This document shows, one piece after another, positions 1 to 8,998 of a stretch of DNA of 64,000 nucleotides. Source of the DNA: a virus. Where the stretch lies: IMG/VR virus record IMGVR_UViG_3300017765_000001, positions 32,001 to 96,000 of that record; one strand, written 5' to 3'. Below the pieces are notes generated by a model. That model had not been told where the DNA came from, did no database searches, and saw only the letters and a list, made by a program, of their open reading frames with translations. Within the stretch, counting starts at the first letter, position 1; each line of letters opens with the position of its first letter. Position numbers and translations under genes: made by a program.

Positions 1-2206
1 TAAGTGCAGCTTCCTGAGCAACACATTGTGAAGTCCCTTGAGGAACGTCTTCATAAAGTTGAGTAAATTTAATTTCAGGAATATTATATATTTTATCACC
101 CCCAATAGCATTTCTTCCATTTGCTTCAAAAACACCATCAACATTGGTCAGATCAGGGATTACTGGTCTCCTGGTATATCCTTCCCTGTACCATATTCCT
201 CCTGGTCCAACTCTTGGTTCTTTGACAGTTTTATTAAAATCTTCAGGGTCAGGAAGACCATCTAAAAACTGATTCCATGTCTTTTTAACATTAGGATCAG
301 AATTATTAACGACTTCCACACTTGATCCTGCACCAATTGTGTTGGTGGTCATCATCTTTATGGTCTGAGGTACAAGTGCTGGTGTATCTCTTGGCAGACT
401 GAAATCATTCAGAAGATCTTTAAATTCATCTGGACTTCTAAGAACATCAAAAACAACAAATTCTGGTTTATTTCCTGAAGTATTTGGAGCATTTACATCT
501 ACTGATATAGTATCCTCTAATTCAAATTTAAAAACAACAGTTAAATTACTAGGGGGGATTGGATTTCCATTGTCATCAAATTCTATTGATTCCCTGTCTG
601 TGGCATCAGGATCAAATCCTATATTTCTAAAATCAACAAGTGCAGTGTCAATACCAACAATTTTGTTAGTTGATCTTTCCCCAGCTGAGGTAGGAAATAC
701 ACCTGCAGGAGCACTAACAAGTTGCCCTGGTTCAAATAAAATTTCTCCAATTGGATTTTCTCTTTTAACTTGATAGAAGTTTAAAAACTTTGTCCCAGAT
801 TTACAAGTTCCAATGGCACCAGCAACATAAGTGTCTGCTATGTCTTCAAAATATGGTTCAGAATACATTTTGAGACCATGATATGGATTAATACCAAGAA
901 GTCCACTTTTATTATCTAATCCAGGTGTTGTTACAATACCAATAATTGTAGGATCTGATAAAGGTTCAATTACCTCCAGATCACTCTGCAGTTGTTCCTC
1001 AATAAAGAAGTGGAAGAATGTCACTCCCAATCCAGGTGATTCCCAAACTTGTGCTCCACCAGTGTTGTCATAGGGAATATTAACTAGGACTGGAGATTCA
1101 AGACTAACAATTCTATTACTGTGAATTTGTAAGATAGAACCAATACCAACTGAATTATATCTTGCATCTTTAATATCCTTTTTTTTCTTTATACCAAATG
1201 GTCCAATAAATGTTTCAGTTAATTCAATTCTATCAGTATGAACAGTTGCAGCAGTGCCAACAGTAACAAGACCTGTTGGTGTTTCTAGAAAAATTGTAGG
1301 TGCTGGACCCTCAATACTCCAAGTTCCAATACCAGGTATTCTTGTAGTATCAAAAAATACTGTAGCACAACCAACTGTGTCTTGAACCTTTTTGCCATCA
1401 GCAAAATCAGTAACAGCATTTGCTGTGGCAACAACTGTGGCAATACCAACTTTATCAATCACCATGGTGTGAATACCAGGTCCACCAACATTATACTCAT
1501 CTGAAAATTGAATTTCATCTCCATCTTTAAGTCCACCACCACCTGGAATAGTTGCCTCTGGATCACCCAAGGTAGTGATAATATAATCAATATCTGTGCC
1601 AACACCAATTGTGGTCCCAGCAGCAACTCCTGATCCAATTGTGAATGCAAGAACAGATGCTCCTATCCCAATGCCATTAGTGGTGCCATCAATACCAGCA
1701 GCAGCTCCAAATGCTCTTATTGGAGTTCCAATACCTAAGACAGGTGAAGTGATAGAATCAGTAGAAGATGTGCCAACAGCATTAGCAGGCCCATATGCTG
1801 TAGTTTGACCAATACTAACTGCTGATATTGCAGTACAAGTAAGATTATAAGTTGTTGTCCCTGCTCCTGTTCCTGCACCACCCCTGCCAGTTCCCATAGG
1901 TGGATTGATACCTGTTACTCTCCAAAATAAGTCACTTCTGCAATTATTGGGTCTTTCAGTAGAGATAATTCTATTGTCATATGCTTCTGCAACAGAATTT
2001 ATCTGTCTATTGACTTCATCTAATTGATTTAAAGTGAGTGTATCAAGAACTCTAATAGCATTCTGATATGGTTCTTTGGTTGAATCCAGAACCAAAATCT
2101 TTTTTACTGCCTGATCAATAGCAGGTTTAGTGCGATCTACTTTTTGATTAAGAGTTTGTATTATAGCTTCAGCATTTGTTCTTCTCTTCTTCCTCTTCTT
2201 AGGCAT
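1..2206 (-). CDS. Large Gly/Thr-rich virion structural protein, partial (runs off the left edge; absent from the ORF track)
   Basis: ATG at 2206 (MPKKRKKRRTNAEAIIQTLNQ...). The frame is open to position 2 by manual translation. It has repeated GIG/GVG/VGT motifs typical of cyanomyovirus tail/baseplate proteins and lies downstream of the gp5 operon. Confidence 0.7.
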   Translation of the reverse strand, partial: MPKKRKKRRTNAEAIIQTLNQKVDRTKPAIDQAVKKILVLDSTKEPYQNAIRVLDTLTLNQLDEVNRQINSVAEAYDNRIISTERPNNCRSDLFWRVTGINPPMGTGRGGAGTGAGTTTYNLTCTAISAVSIGQTTAYGPANAVGTSSTDSITSPVLGIGTPIRAFGAAAGIDGTTNGIGIGASVLAFTIGSGVAAGTTIGVGTDIDYIITTLGDPEATIPGGGGLKDGDEIQFSDEYNVGGPGIHTMVIDKVGIATVVATANAVTDFADGKKVQDTVGCATVFFDTTRIPGIGTWSIEGPAPTIFLETPTGLVTVGTAATVHTDRIELTETFIGPFGIKKKKDIKDARYNSVGIGSILQIHSNRIVSLESPVLVNIPYDNTGGAQVWESPGLGVTFFHFFIEEQLQSDLEVIEPLSDPTIIGIVTTPGLDNKSGLLGINPYHGLKMYSEPYFEDIADTYVAGAIGTCKSGTKFLNFYQVKRENPIGEILFEPGQLVSAPAGVFPTSAGERSTNKIVGIDTALVDFRNIGFDPDATDRESIEFDDNGNPIPPSNLTVVFKFELEDTISVDVNAPNTSGNKPEFVVFDVLRSPDEFKDLLNDFSLPRDTPALVPQTIKMMTTNTIGAGSSVEVVNNSDPNVKKTWNQFLDGLPDPEDFNKTVKEPRVGPGGIWYREGYTRRPVIPDLTNVDGVFEANGRNAIGGDKIYNIPEIKFTQLYEDVPQGTSQCVAQEAAL

Positions 2207-2241
2207 CTTCTAGTACTATATCAAGGATTTTTGAATATTTA

Positions 2242-2973
2242 TCACAATTTCCTCCATGTTGATGGGTCAATCATACTGAACTCTGATTTTTGATACTCTT
2301 CCTTTAGTGTAAGAATGATGTCTCCTGCTATACCTATTCTGTTGATACTTCTAGGCATAAGATTAAGTGTAGAATGTAATGTTGAGCTGGGGAATAAAAT
2401 AATTGTTCCTTCAATGGGTGTGACTGTATAACTATTGCAGTTAAATTTATTATAGTTGGTAATCAAATTATTGTTTGGATTGACTGTGGTTTCAAATAAA
2501 AATCCAGAAACCTCATTTGGGTTTTTCTCTTGGTGCAGACATAATTTATCAGATGTTTCATTACATTGAAGATAGTAACAAAAAGATATGTCACTTGAGT
2601 TGTGATTGTGTATTTTAATCTGTGGTGAGTCTACTTCATGAATATTGACCCAAGATTTGGTTACATAAACATTTAATTTCTTTTCATCTACATTCAATAC
2701 CCTTAGATATTGTCTTACATTATCTTCAAGACATGTAAAAAATGAATCATATCTATTGTCATGATGTAAGAAATATCTACCAGAATTTTCTGGTGATGTT
2801 AATTCATCTCGTGGAAGTTCAGGAGCAAAGTGCCAATATTTGCACAGATTGTCCTTATGTTTTTGTTTGAATTCTTCATGACATTCCATCTCCCCACGAT
2901 ACACCACTGTTGGGAAGATTTCATAAATGTTATGTTTTAGGTTTTTGCCCTGGACGTTCTCCTGGACGTGCAT
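2242..2973 (-). CDS. Putative 2OG-Fe(II) oxygenase (TIGR02466-like)
   Basis: SWVN...HNH..SDISFCYYL...GTIILFPSSTLHS...R motif pattern. Confidence 0.75.
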   Translation of the reverse strand: MHVQENVQGKNLKHNIYEIFPTVVYRGEMECHEEFKQKHKDNLCKYWHFAPELPRDELTSPENSGRYFLHHDNRYDSFFTCLEDNVRQYLRVLNVDEKKLNVYVTKSWVNIHEVDSPQIKIHNHNSSDISFCYYLQCNETSDKLCLHQEKNPNEVSGFLFETTVNPNNNLITNYNKFNCNSYTVTPIEGTIILFPSSTLHSTLNLMPRSINRIGIAGDIILTLKEEYQKSEFSMIDPSTWRKL

Positions 2974-4024
2974 AATCCCAACCAGCTAAAGCATACTCAC
3001 TATTATCACCTGGATAGTCCCCTGGTGTCAACCCCTTATACTCAACTTGTAATTTATCTTGTGTTTTTCTCTCTCCAAAGACAGTATAGTGGCAATGTAC
3101 TGATGAACCAGATGCAGATCTTACTTTAATTCTTGTTCCCCACTCTACATGCTCTTCAACAAACAATTCTTGAAATCTACCAATTGGCGTAAGATTGACA
3201 GTGATTGAATCTTCATAAACAAGTTCTTTCCAATAATCTGGCAATTCAATGGTGTCAGAATCTTTAAGTGTTCCTCTAATATATGCTCCTACTTCTGGAC
3301 CCTCTAAACAGATATATCTAAGTCTGTGCTCATCCTTTGTAGGGTGAGGAATATCAAATCCTTTACCAGCTTTTGCCAGTGCTGCTTTTGCTATGCCAGT
3401 TGTAGAATTAAGAGTTCCAGCTGATGCTACTACATCTGCCCCTTTTTGTACAGTTTGGTTGACACTAGGTGCATTTCCAAGTTCAAGTGCCATATTGGTA
3501 TCAACACCATTTTCCATTTTGACACCAACTAAATTCTTGATCCCAATGTCTTCAAGGAATGCCTCAACATGGGTTTTAATCAGTGTAACAAAATTCTGAC
3601 CCTCTGGTCCAGTTGATTTAATAGTGGGTGGAGATATTTGTTTGACACCAGATACTCCTGGTGTAATTCCAGTAAACATTGTAACACCTACAGGTGCTGC
3701 AAAGCTGCCAATTAAAACATCAGTAGGAGTGTTAACAACCTTTAAATTATTTTGAATTGAAACAATTGGTCTTGGAGGTATAAAATTAGGCGCTAATACT
3801 GGATTAACCCTTGAAATCATCACAGTTCCTTGGGAAATCTGATCTGCAAATGGTAATCTTTGACCAATCAAAACTGGACCACTAATAGCTGCAGCGCCAG
3901 GAATACCACCACCTAATGTGGTTGGACAGTTTGCAAAACCCACAGTTCTCAAAGGTGTGAGATCACCTCCAACAATTAATTGGCCACCTTGTACCAAACA
4001 ATCTTGTGCTATAGTCTCTGACAT
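2930..4024 (-). CDS. Virion/baseplate spike-associated protein
   Basis: C-terminal FDIPHP...LRYICLEGPE...RG motif common in phage tail proteins; co-transcribed after gp5. Confidence 0.5.
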   Translation of the reverse strand: MSETIAQDCLVQGGQLIVGGDLTPLRTVGFANCPTTLGGGIPGAAAISGPVLIGQRLPFADQISQGTVMISRVNPVLAPNFIPPRPIVSIQNNLKVVNTPTDVLIGSFAAPVGVTMFTGITPGVSGVKQISPPTIKSTGPEGQNFVTLIKTHVEAFLEDIGIKNLVGVKMENGVDTNMALELGNAPSVNQTVQKGADVVASAGTLNSTTGIAKAALAKAGKGFDIPHPTKDEHRLRYICLEGPEVGAYIRGTLKDSDTIELPDYWKELVYEDSITVNLTPIGRFQELFVEEHVEWGTRIKVRSASGSSVHCHYTVFGERKTQDKLQVEYKGLTPGDYPGDNSEYALAGWDYARPGERPGQKPKT

Positions 4025-4695
4025 TATCCTTCTAATCCAAAAATACTTTTTGCTAGATCAACTCCAGTCGTTTCTAATGTTGCATTGCCACCCAATATTG
4101 CCAATACAGCGCTAAAAATTGAATTCTTTTTCAAAGCGGCATGTGTTTCACCATTACCTCCAAATGTATTTAACTTGGTTCCTGCTATAACATCCACTCT
4201 TTCATTTGCCATGAAAACAGCTCCCCCAGAACTCACGATTTTGGTTTCACTTGCTTTGCTAAGCAATTCTCCATTTGCTGAAAGGACAATATTTCCTGCT
4301 CCCTCTGGTCCTGAAGCAACAAGTTCAACTTGTTGTGCAATAATTCTAACCTTTCCCTGTGGTGCATGTAATACAAGGTCATTTGTAACTGCTTCAAAAA
4401 AAATGGCAGGCACATTCTCTGCAATATCAGGTGCCTGATCTCCATTATCTTCAGCAGATTTTATTGAATCACCTGCTCTGGCATAAAGCCCTCCAGGTGA
4501 TCTCATAACAGTTCCACCAGCAAGATGATCATCACCTGTTTTATACAGAGATATGTAATGTTTACCCTTACCTGATTTTGCTCTATTATTGATATAGACA
4601 GATGATGTTTCACCATCATCCAATACTTTATCAAACACTAACTCTCCACCAGTGGCACCTTTGCCTATTGGTCTTTGATGTGTGTTTCTTCTCAT
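4024..4695 (-). CDS. gp5 C-terminal beta-helix-like spike protein
   Basis: Short beta-strand repeats (VRIIAQQVELVASG..GNIVLSANGELLSKA); directly downstream of gp5. Confidence 0.4.
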   Translation of the reverse strand: MRRNTHQRPIGKGATGGELVFDKVLDDGETSSVYINNRAKSGKGKHYISLYKTGDDHLAGGTVMRSPGGLYARAGDSIKSAEDNGDQAPDIAENVPAIFFEAVTNDLVLHAPQGKVRIIAQQVELVASGPEGAGNIVLSANGELLSKASETKIVSSGGAVFMANERVDVIAGTKLNTFGGNGETHAALKKNSIFSAVLAILGGNATLETTGVDLAKSIFGLEG

Positions 4696-7685
4696 GCAAA
4701 TCTACCTACACAATCTATAACTTGAATTACTTTTTTAGGATCATAATCTTGTTCTCTGTCTTTTCCTATTCTATCTATACCAAATCTTGGTAGTAACTCA
4801 GCACCATAACCTGTCTTGGTATTAATGTAAATATCTGGCATGGTATTGAACCCCTCACCTGGATTTGTAATTGTTATTTTTGAAATTCTTCCTTGTCTAT
4901 CAAATGAAACACCTGCTTCTGCACCAAAAGACGGTTCAATTACAATAGTATCACCATCCTCATATCCTTCTCCAGAATCCTCTACTATAAGATCATCTAA
5001 TTTGAGAACCACAGGATATTTACCATCATTATCTCCTGGACTATCACCTATTCCACCACCTGTTCCACCACCTTCTCCTGGGATACCACCTGTTCCATCA
5101 CCTTCTCCTGGGATACCACCAGTATCTGTTGGTGAGGGAGTAGTTATACAACCTGCTTCTGTAATTATGGTCTCCACACCCCCTATCAATACTTGTCCAC
5201 TTGGTTCAACAGTTGCTGATGTATTGATAGGCAATGTTACTTTATCACCAACTTTGAAACACTTTAGTAAACCAGGTTTAGTTGGAGGGTCAAATGTATC
5301 ATCATCATGAATAATTAATGTTTCATCATTTTCTGCCCATGTTCTTCCGTCACCACCTTTACTACCATCTGGTTTTGTTAAATATCCACCACCAGGATTT
5401 GTTACAACAGCACCAATGATACCAATTGTTTCTACAGTATCATCAGGTGGTGTTACCTCTGAAATTCTAAGTCTGAATTGTGTGCCTGCTTCACTAAGAG
5501 GCAAAAAATTAAAATCTGGAAAATTAAGAATATCTCCAACTTTATATCCTTTACCTTTATCAAGTATATTTAAAATTGCATAAGCAGTATTATTGGGATT
5601 ACCTGCAGCCCCAGCCAATGCTTCAAAACGCGCAATTGCTTTAAACCCAGTTCCACTTCCTCCAGTTAAAGATATCTCTCCCTGTGTTGATTGGGACAAA
5701 AAACTCCAAAAATTAGCTGCTCCACCATAAACTGAATTAGCAAATTCTCCTAAATCTTTTGGATAAAAATCATTATCAACACCAAGTGTCTCATAAAGTT
5801 CAAACTTAACTACCTCTCCACCTAGTCCTCCTGCACCAAGAAATTCTCCTGTGGATGTGCCAGTATTTTTTAATACATTAAAATTACCACCACCAAGTCC
5901 ACCACCATTTATTCCTGGAAGACCACCACCATCAAGTGGAGAAATTATAATATCATCAGTATCATTGGGATCTTTACTTTTTATTATTTTAACTTTTTTA
6001 GATTTCTTAACTTTACCAAGAATTGGTCTTATTCTACCACCTCTCCCCTGTCCACAATTGCTTGATATGATTGCTCTTGTTTTTAAAGAAAATCCATAAC
6101 CAAAATCAGTCATATCCACACCTAAAAGTTCACCAGCAGAACTGATGATCAAATTACCAGCTGCTCCTACCCCAAGTTTACTGTTAAAACTAACTTGAGG
6201 TGGTCCACAAAATTCAAAAAGTGATTCACCACATGTATCCTTAGCTGATTTAGCTAGAGCACCAATATCAAAGGTGCTTTCAATATCATCCCCAATACCC
6301 CCAACAAAGTCAGTCACAGTATCAACAGCACCTGTGATATCTCCAACAGAAGACTTCACTTTATCAATTAAGTCTGAACCAAGTTGAAATTTTGGTTTAG
6401 TACCTGAACCCACACACCATTCATCTACTATTGATTTATTATTTTCATTATCTTCTTTACAAAAACTTCCTAATCTAAAACTAAAAACACCATCAATGGC
6501 ATCTAAGACACCTATTGCAACATCAGTCAATCCTAATAAACCATCTGTTAATGAGGAAATCGCTGATGATGCTGCATCAAAAGCACCATTTACTAAATTT
6601 TGAACATTATTCATGATTGGTAACACAATATTATTGATATAGCATTGTGTTACATTGACAACTCTTGATGCGGCTTGAGTAACAAATGATTTTATTTGAC
6701 TCAAAAGTTGTTTAACTAGAGTTCTGAATATACATTTAATTTGTCTAGCAGCAATTTCAAGCGCATTTTCAGCTTTTTGTTTTTCATCAGGTGCTAATGA
6801 TTCAAGAAGTGGAGCTGTAAGTTTATTAAATTCATTAAGTGCAGCTCTCATTGCATCATCATAAATTGTTCTCATTATTGAACTTATAATAGCAGATGCC
6901 CCATTTAATCCTGCATTAATTTCTTCCTGTTTTTCATCAAGCCACTCAGTTGCCTCATCAGATGCATTTTGTATCTCTTTTTGAATATCTTGTACCTTCT
7001 TAAGAGCATCTCTAATTGTCTTTTGAAATCCACTTACTGGTGCTGTTTCATCAACGCTTGTTTGTGCAAGAGATGAACATGAATGACTATCCTTTGCTGC
7101 TGATCTATCTGACTTTGAGGGTTGAGTATTTGGGTTTGATGAATTATTTGTTTGTGTCTCAGCAACAGTATCACTTGATTTTTGGAGTGGTGGTTGTGGA
7201 TTTGCTTTTGGGGTTGCTTTGAGGTTGCCAGGTCCAATTTCTGTTCTATCTTTTACTGAGTATCCACTGTATGGTACAAAAGGTTTTCTTTGACTCAGTG
7301 TGGTCATAGTCTGAGCATAATCATTATATCCCAAACAACCCATAATCACAGGTTGTTGGGCATCATCACCATCCAAGAAAAAACCAAATACAAATGTTCC
7401 TGCTGCTAATGCAGAATTTTCGTAATTACCTCTTCCACCACCACCTGCTGTGACAGGATACATCACTGTTGCCCATGGCAATGCAGAATCAGGCAAATCT
7501 GCTGGTGCAGCAGTATGATACCCCATGATTCTAACTTTATATCTCTCTCCTACCCCAGGTGCTTCTTCAGTTGGTTTAGATGCAAAATTAGGCAGCCAAC
7601 TCTCTTCAGATGCAACCTGCCCAATCCACCAGACAAATCCATCTTTTCCAGCAAAATGGGTTTTAAACAGTGTCTGATCCATCAT
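4692..7685 (-). CDS. gp5: Baseplate hub/central spike gp5 (N-terminal OB domain; no lysozyme domain)
   Basis: FVWWIGQV...RYKVRIMGYH...LPWATVMYP...VFGFFLDGDDAQQPVIMG, the gp5 OB-fold signature. Confidence 0.85.
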   Translation of the reverse strand: MMDQTLFKTHFAGKDGFVWWIGQVASEESWLPNFASKPTEEAPGVGERYKVRIMGYHTAAPADLPDSALPWATVMYPVTAGGGGRGNYENSALAAGTFVFGFFLDGDDAQQPVIMGCLGYNDYAQTMTTLSQRKPFVPYSGYSVKDRTEIGPGNLKATPKANPQPPLQKSSDTVAETQTNNSSNPNTQPSKSDRSAAKDSHSCSSLAQTSVDETAPVSGFQKTIRDALKKVQDIQKEIQNASDEATEWLDEKQEEINAGLNGASAIISSIMRTIYDDAMRAALNEFNKLTAPLLESLAPDEKQKAENALEIAARQIKCIFRTLVKQLLSQIKSFVTQAASRVVNVTQCYINNIVLPIMNNVQNLVNGAFDAASSAISSLTDGLLGLTDVAIGVLDAIDGVFSFRLGSFCKEDNENNKSIVDEWCVGSGTKPKFQLGSDLIDKVKSSVGDITGAVDTVTDFVGGIGDDIESTFDIGALAKSAKDTCGESLFEFCGPPQVSFNSKLGVGAAGNLIISSAGELLGVDMTDFGYGFSLKTRAIISSNCGQGRGGRIRPILGKVKKSKKVKIIKSKDPNDTDDIIISPLDGGGLPGINGGGLGGGNFNVLKNTGTSTGEFLGAGGLGGEVVKFELYETLGVDNDFYPKDLGEFANSVYGGAANFWSFLSQSTQGEISLTGGSGTGFKAIARFEALAGAAGNPNNTAYAILNILDKGKGYKVGDILNFPDFNFLPLSEAGTQFRLRISEVTPPDDTVETIGIIGAVVTNPGGGYLTKPDGSKGGDGRTWAENDETLIIHDDDTFDPPTKPGLLKCFKVGDKVTLPINTSATVEPSGQVLIGGVETIITEAGCITTPSPTDTGGIPGEGDGTGGIPGEGGGTGGGIGDSPGDNDGKYPVVLKLDDLIVEDSGEGYEDGDTIVIEPSFGAEAGVSFDRQGRISKITITNPGEGFNTMPDIYINTKTGYGAELLPRFGIDRIGKDREQDYDPKKVIQVIDCVGRFA
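5056..5120. repeat. 30-nt tandem repeat encoding TGGIPGEG(D/G)G linker in gp5
   Basis: ccacctgttcca(c/t)caccttctcctgggata x2 plus a partial copy. Confidence 0.85.
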
Positions 7686-8998
7686 TTTCCGTATGAGTCC
7701 CTTACTAGTGAGAGACTTGTTAAAGTATTCTCTGGTGTAATTTTATGACACACATGTGCTACCATATATATGCCTGAAGATTTGTTATTCTTACCAGAAT
7801 TTTTATCTGCCTCAAGTTGTGGGAATATAACCTTTACTGTATCACCAGCCCTTATTGAAAAATCACCAGGAATAGTGATGGTTGTTTGTATTGTAAACAA
7901 CTGATTATATCTCATAATTGTAAGTGCTGCAGCACCATACTTACTAAAACCTTGTTCTTTCTTATTTTCAGGATCATTCTTAAATTTTTTTAATTGTTCT
8001 TCTGAACTCTTCCCTGCAGGTAATGCTCCATAATCATAAACAATATTCATCAATCTTGATGGATTATTGCTACTAATACCTCTTTGTGTTGGATTTGGAT
8101 TACTTACACCCCTCCTCTTTTCATTAATTAATTCAGAAGCAGACTCTGTTTTCTTAGGTCTCATAATACTTTTTTGATCTGAGACATCATAATCCTTGAC
8201 AACATAACTAAAAGTTAATGGATCAAAAAATAATACACTTGTGCTATAAGTTCCAAGAGATAAATTTTCATGTAAATCAATATCTCTATCAATGGTGTAA
8301 TTAATGATTATATCATCATGCCCACCCTTCTCTCCAGTGTTATAGATGAAACTTTTTATTGGTTCCTGTCCAAGAAGTTTGTCTACAGATTTAAATTTAA
8401 AAGAATCAATAGTTTGATAGAATAAGTATCCAACAGCACCTTCTTGTCCACCATCTTTGGATATAGATTTGGAAGCTAACCATGTACAGACATAAAATGG
8501 TTTTCTATCATTACCCATAAAATTATACTCATTAAGAGTATCATCAATATCAATAAATCTAGTAGTTTTCAACTTTGATAACATTTTACCAATATTATCT
8601 GATATCTTTCCCTCATATCTTTCTGTAACCCTTACAGTATCATTTGAAAAATACTCTGGAGATGCAAAATCAACAATATACAAATCTTTTGTAGACTCTG
8701 GATTAGCATTTCTCAGTCTGTTAACCAGAAGTTCAGATTTTATTGATCTACCTTGTGCATCTCTTATTTTAAATGTTAAATTTTCTCCACCTCTTATGGG
8801 AAGTCCATCAATTGAACCTTTCACACCATGACCAGTCTCTACCACTATGGCAGTGGCAGTCACAGTATTTGACAAGACACTTTCATATAATCTGAAGTCA
8901 GAAATACCAGCTGACAAATCAACTGAATTTGAACCAATACTGGCAGTCAGTTGAAATTTATCTATGGAACCTGTTTTTAATGAATCTTGTGACATCAA
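7682..8998 (-). CDS. Baseplate hub protein (gp27-like)
   Basis: YLFYQT..FKFKSVDKL and TITIPGDFSIRAGDTV...SGIYMVAHVCH motifs; immediately upstream of gp5. Confidence 0.6.
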   Translation of the reverse strand: MMSQDSLKTGSIDKFQLTASIGSNSVDLSAGISDFRLYESVLSNTVTATAIVVETGHGVKGSIDGLPIRGGENLTFKIRDAQGRSIKSELLVNRLRNANPESTKDLYIVDFASPEYFSNDTVRVTERYEGKISDNIGKMLSKLKTTRFIDIDDTLNEYNFMGNDRKPFYVCTWLASKSISKDGGQEGAVGYLFYQTIDSFKFKSVDKLLGQEPIKSFIYNTGEKGGHDDIIINYTIDRDIDLHENLSLGTYSTSVLFFDPLTFSYVVKDYDVSDQKSIMRPKKTESASELINEKRRGVSNPNPTQRGISSNNPSRLMNIVYDYGALPAGKSSEEQLKKFKNDPENKKEQGFSKYGAAALTIMRYNQLFTIQTTITIPGDFSIRAGDTVKVIFPQLEADKNSGKNNKSSGIYMVAHVCHKITPENTLTSLSLVRDSYGK

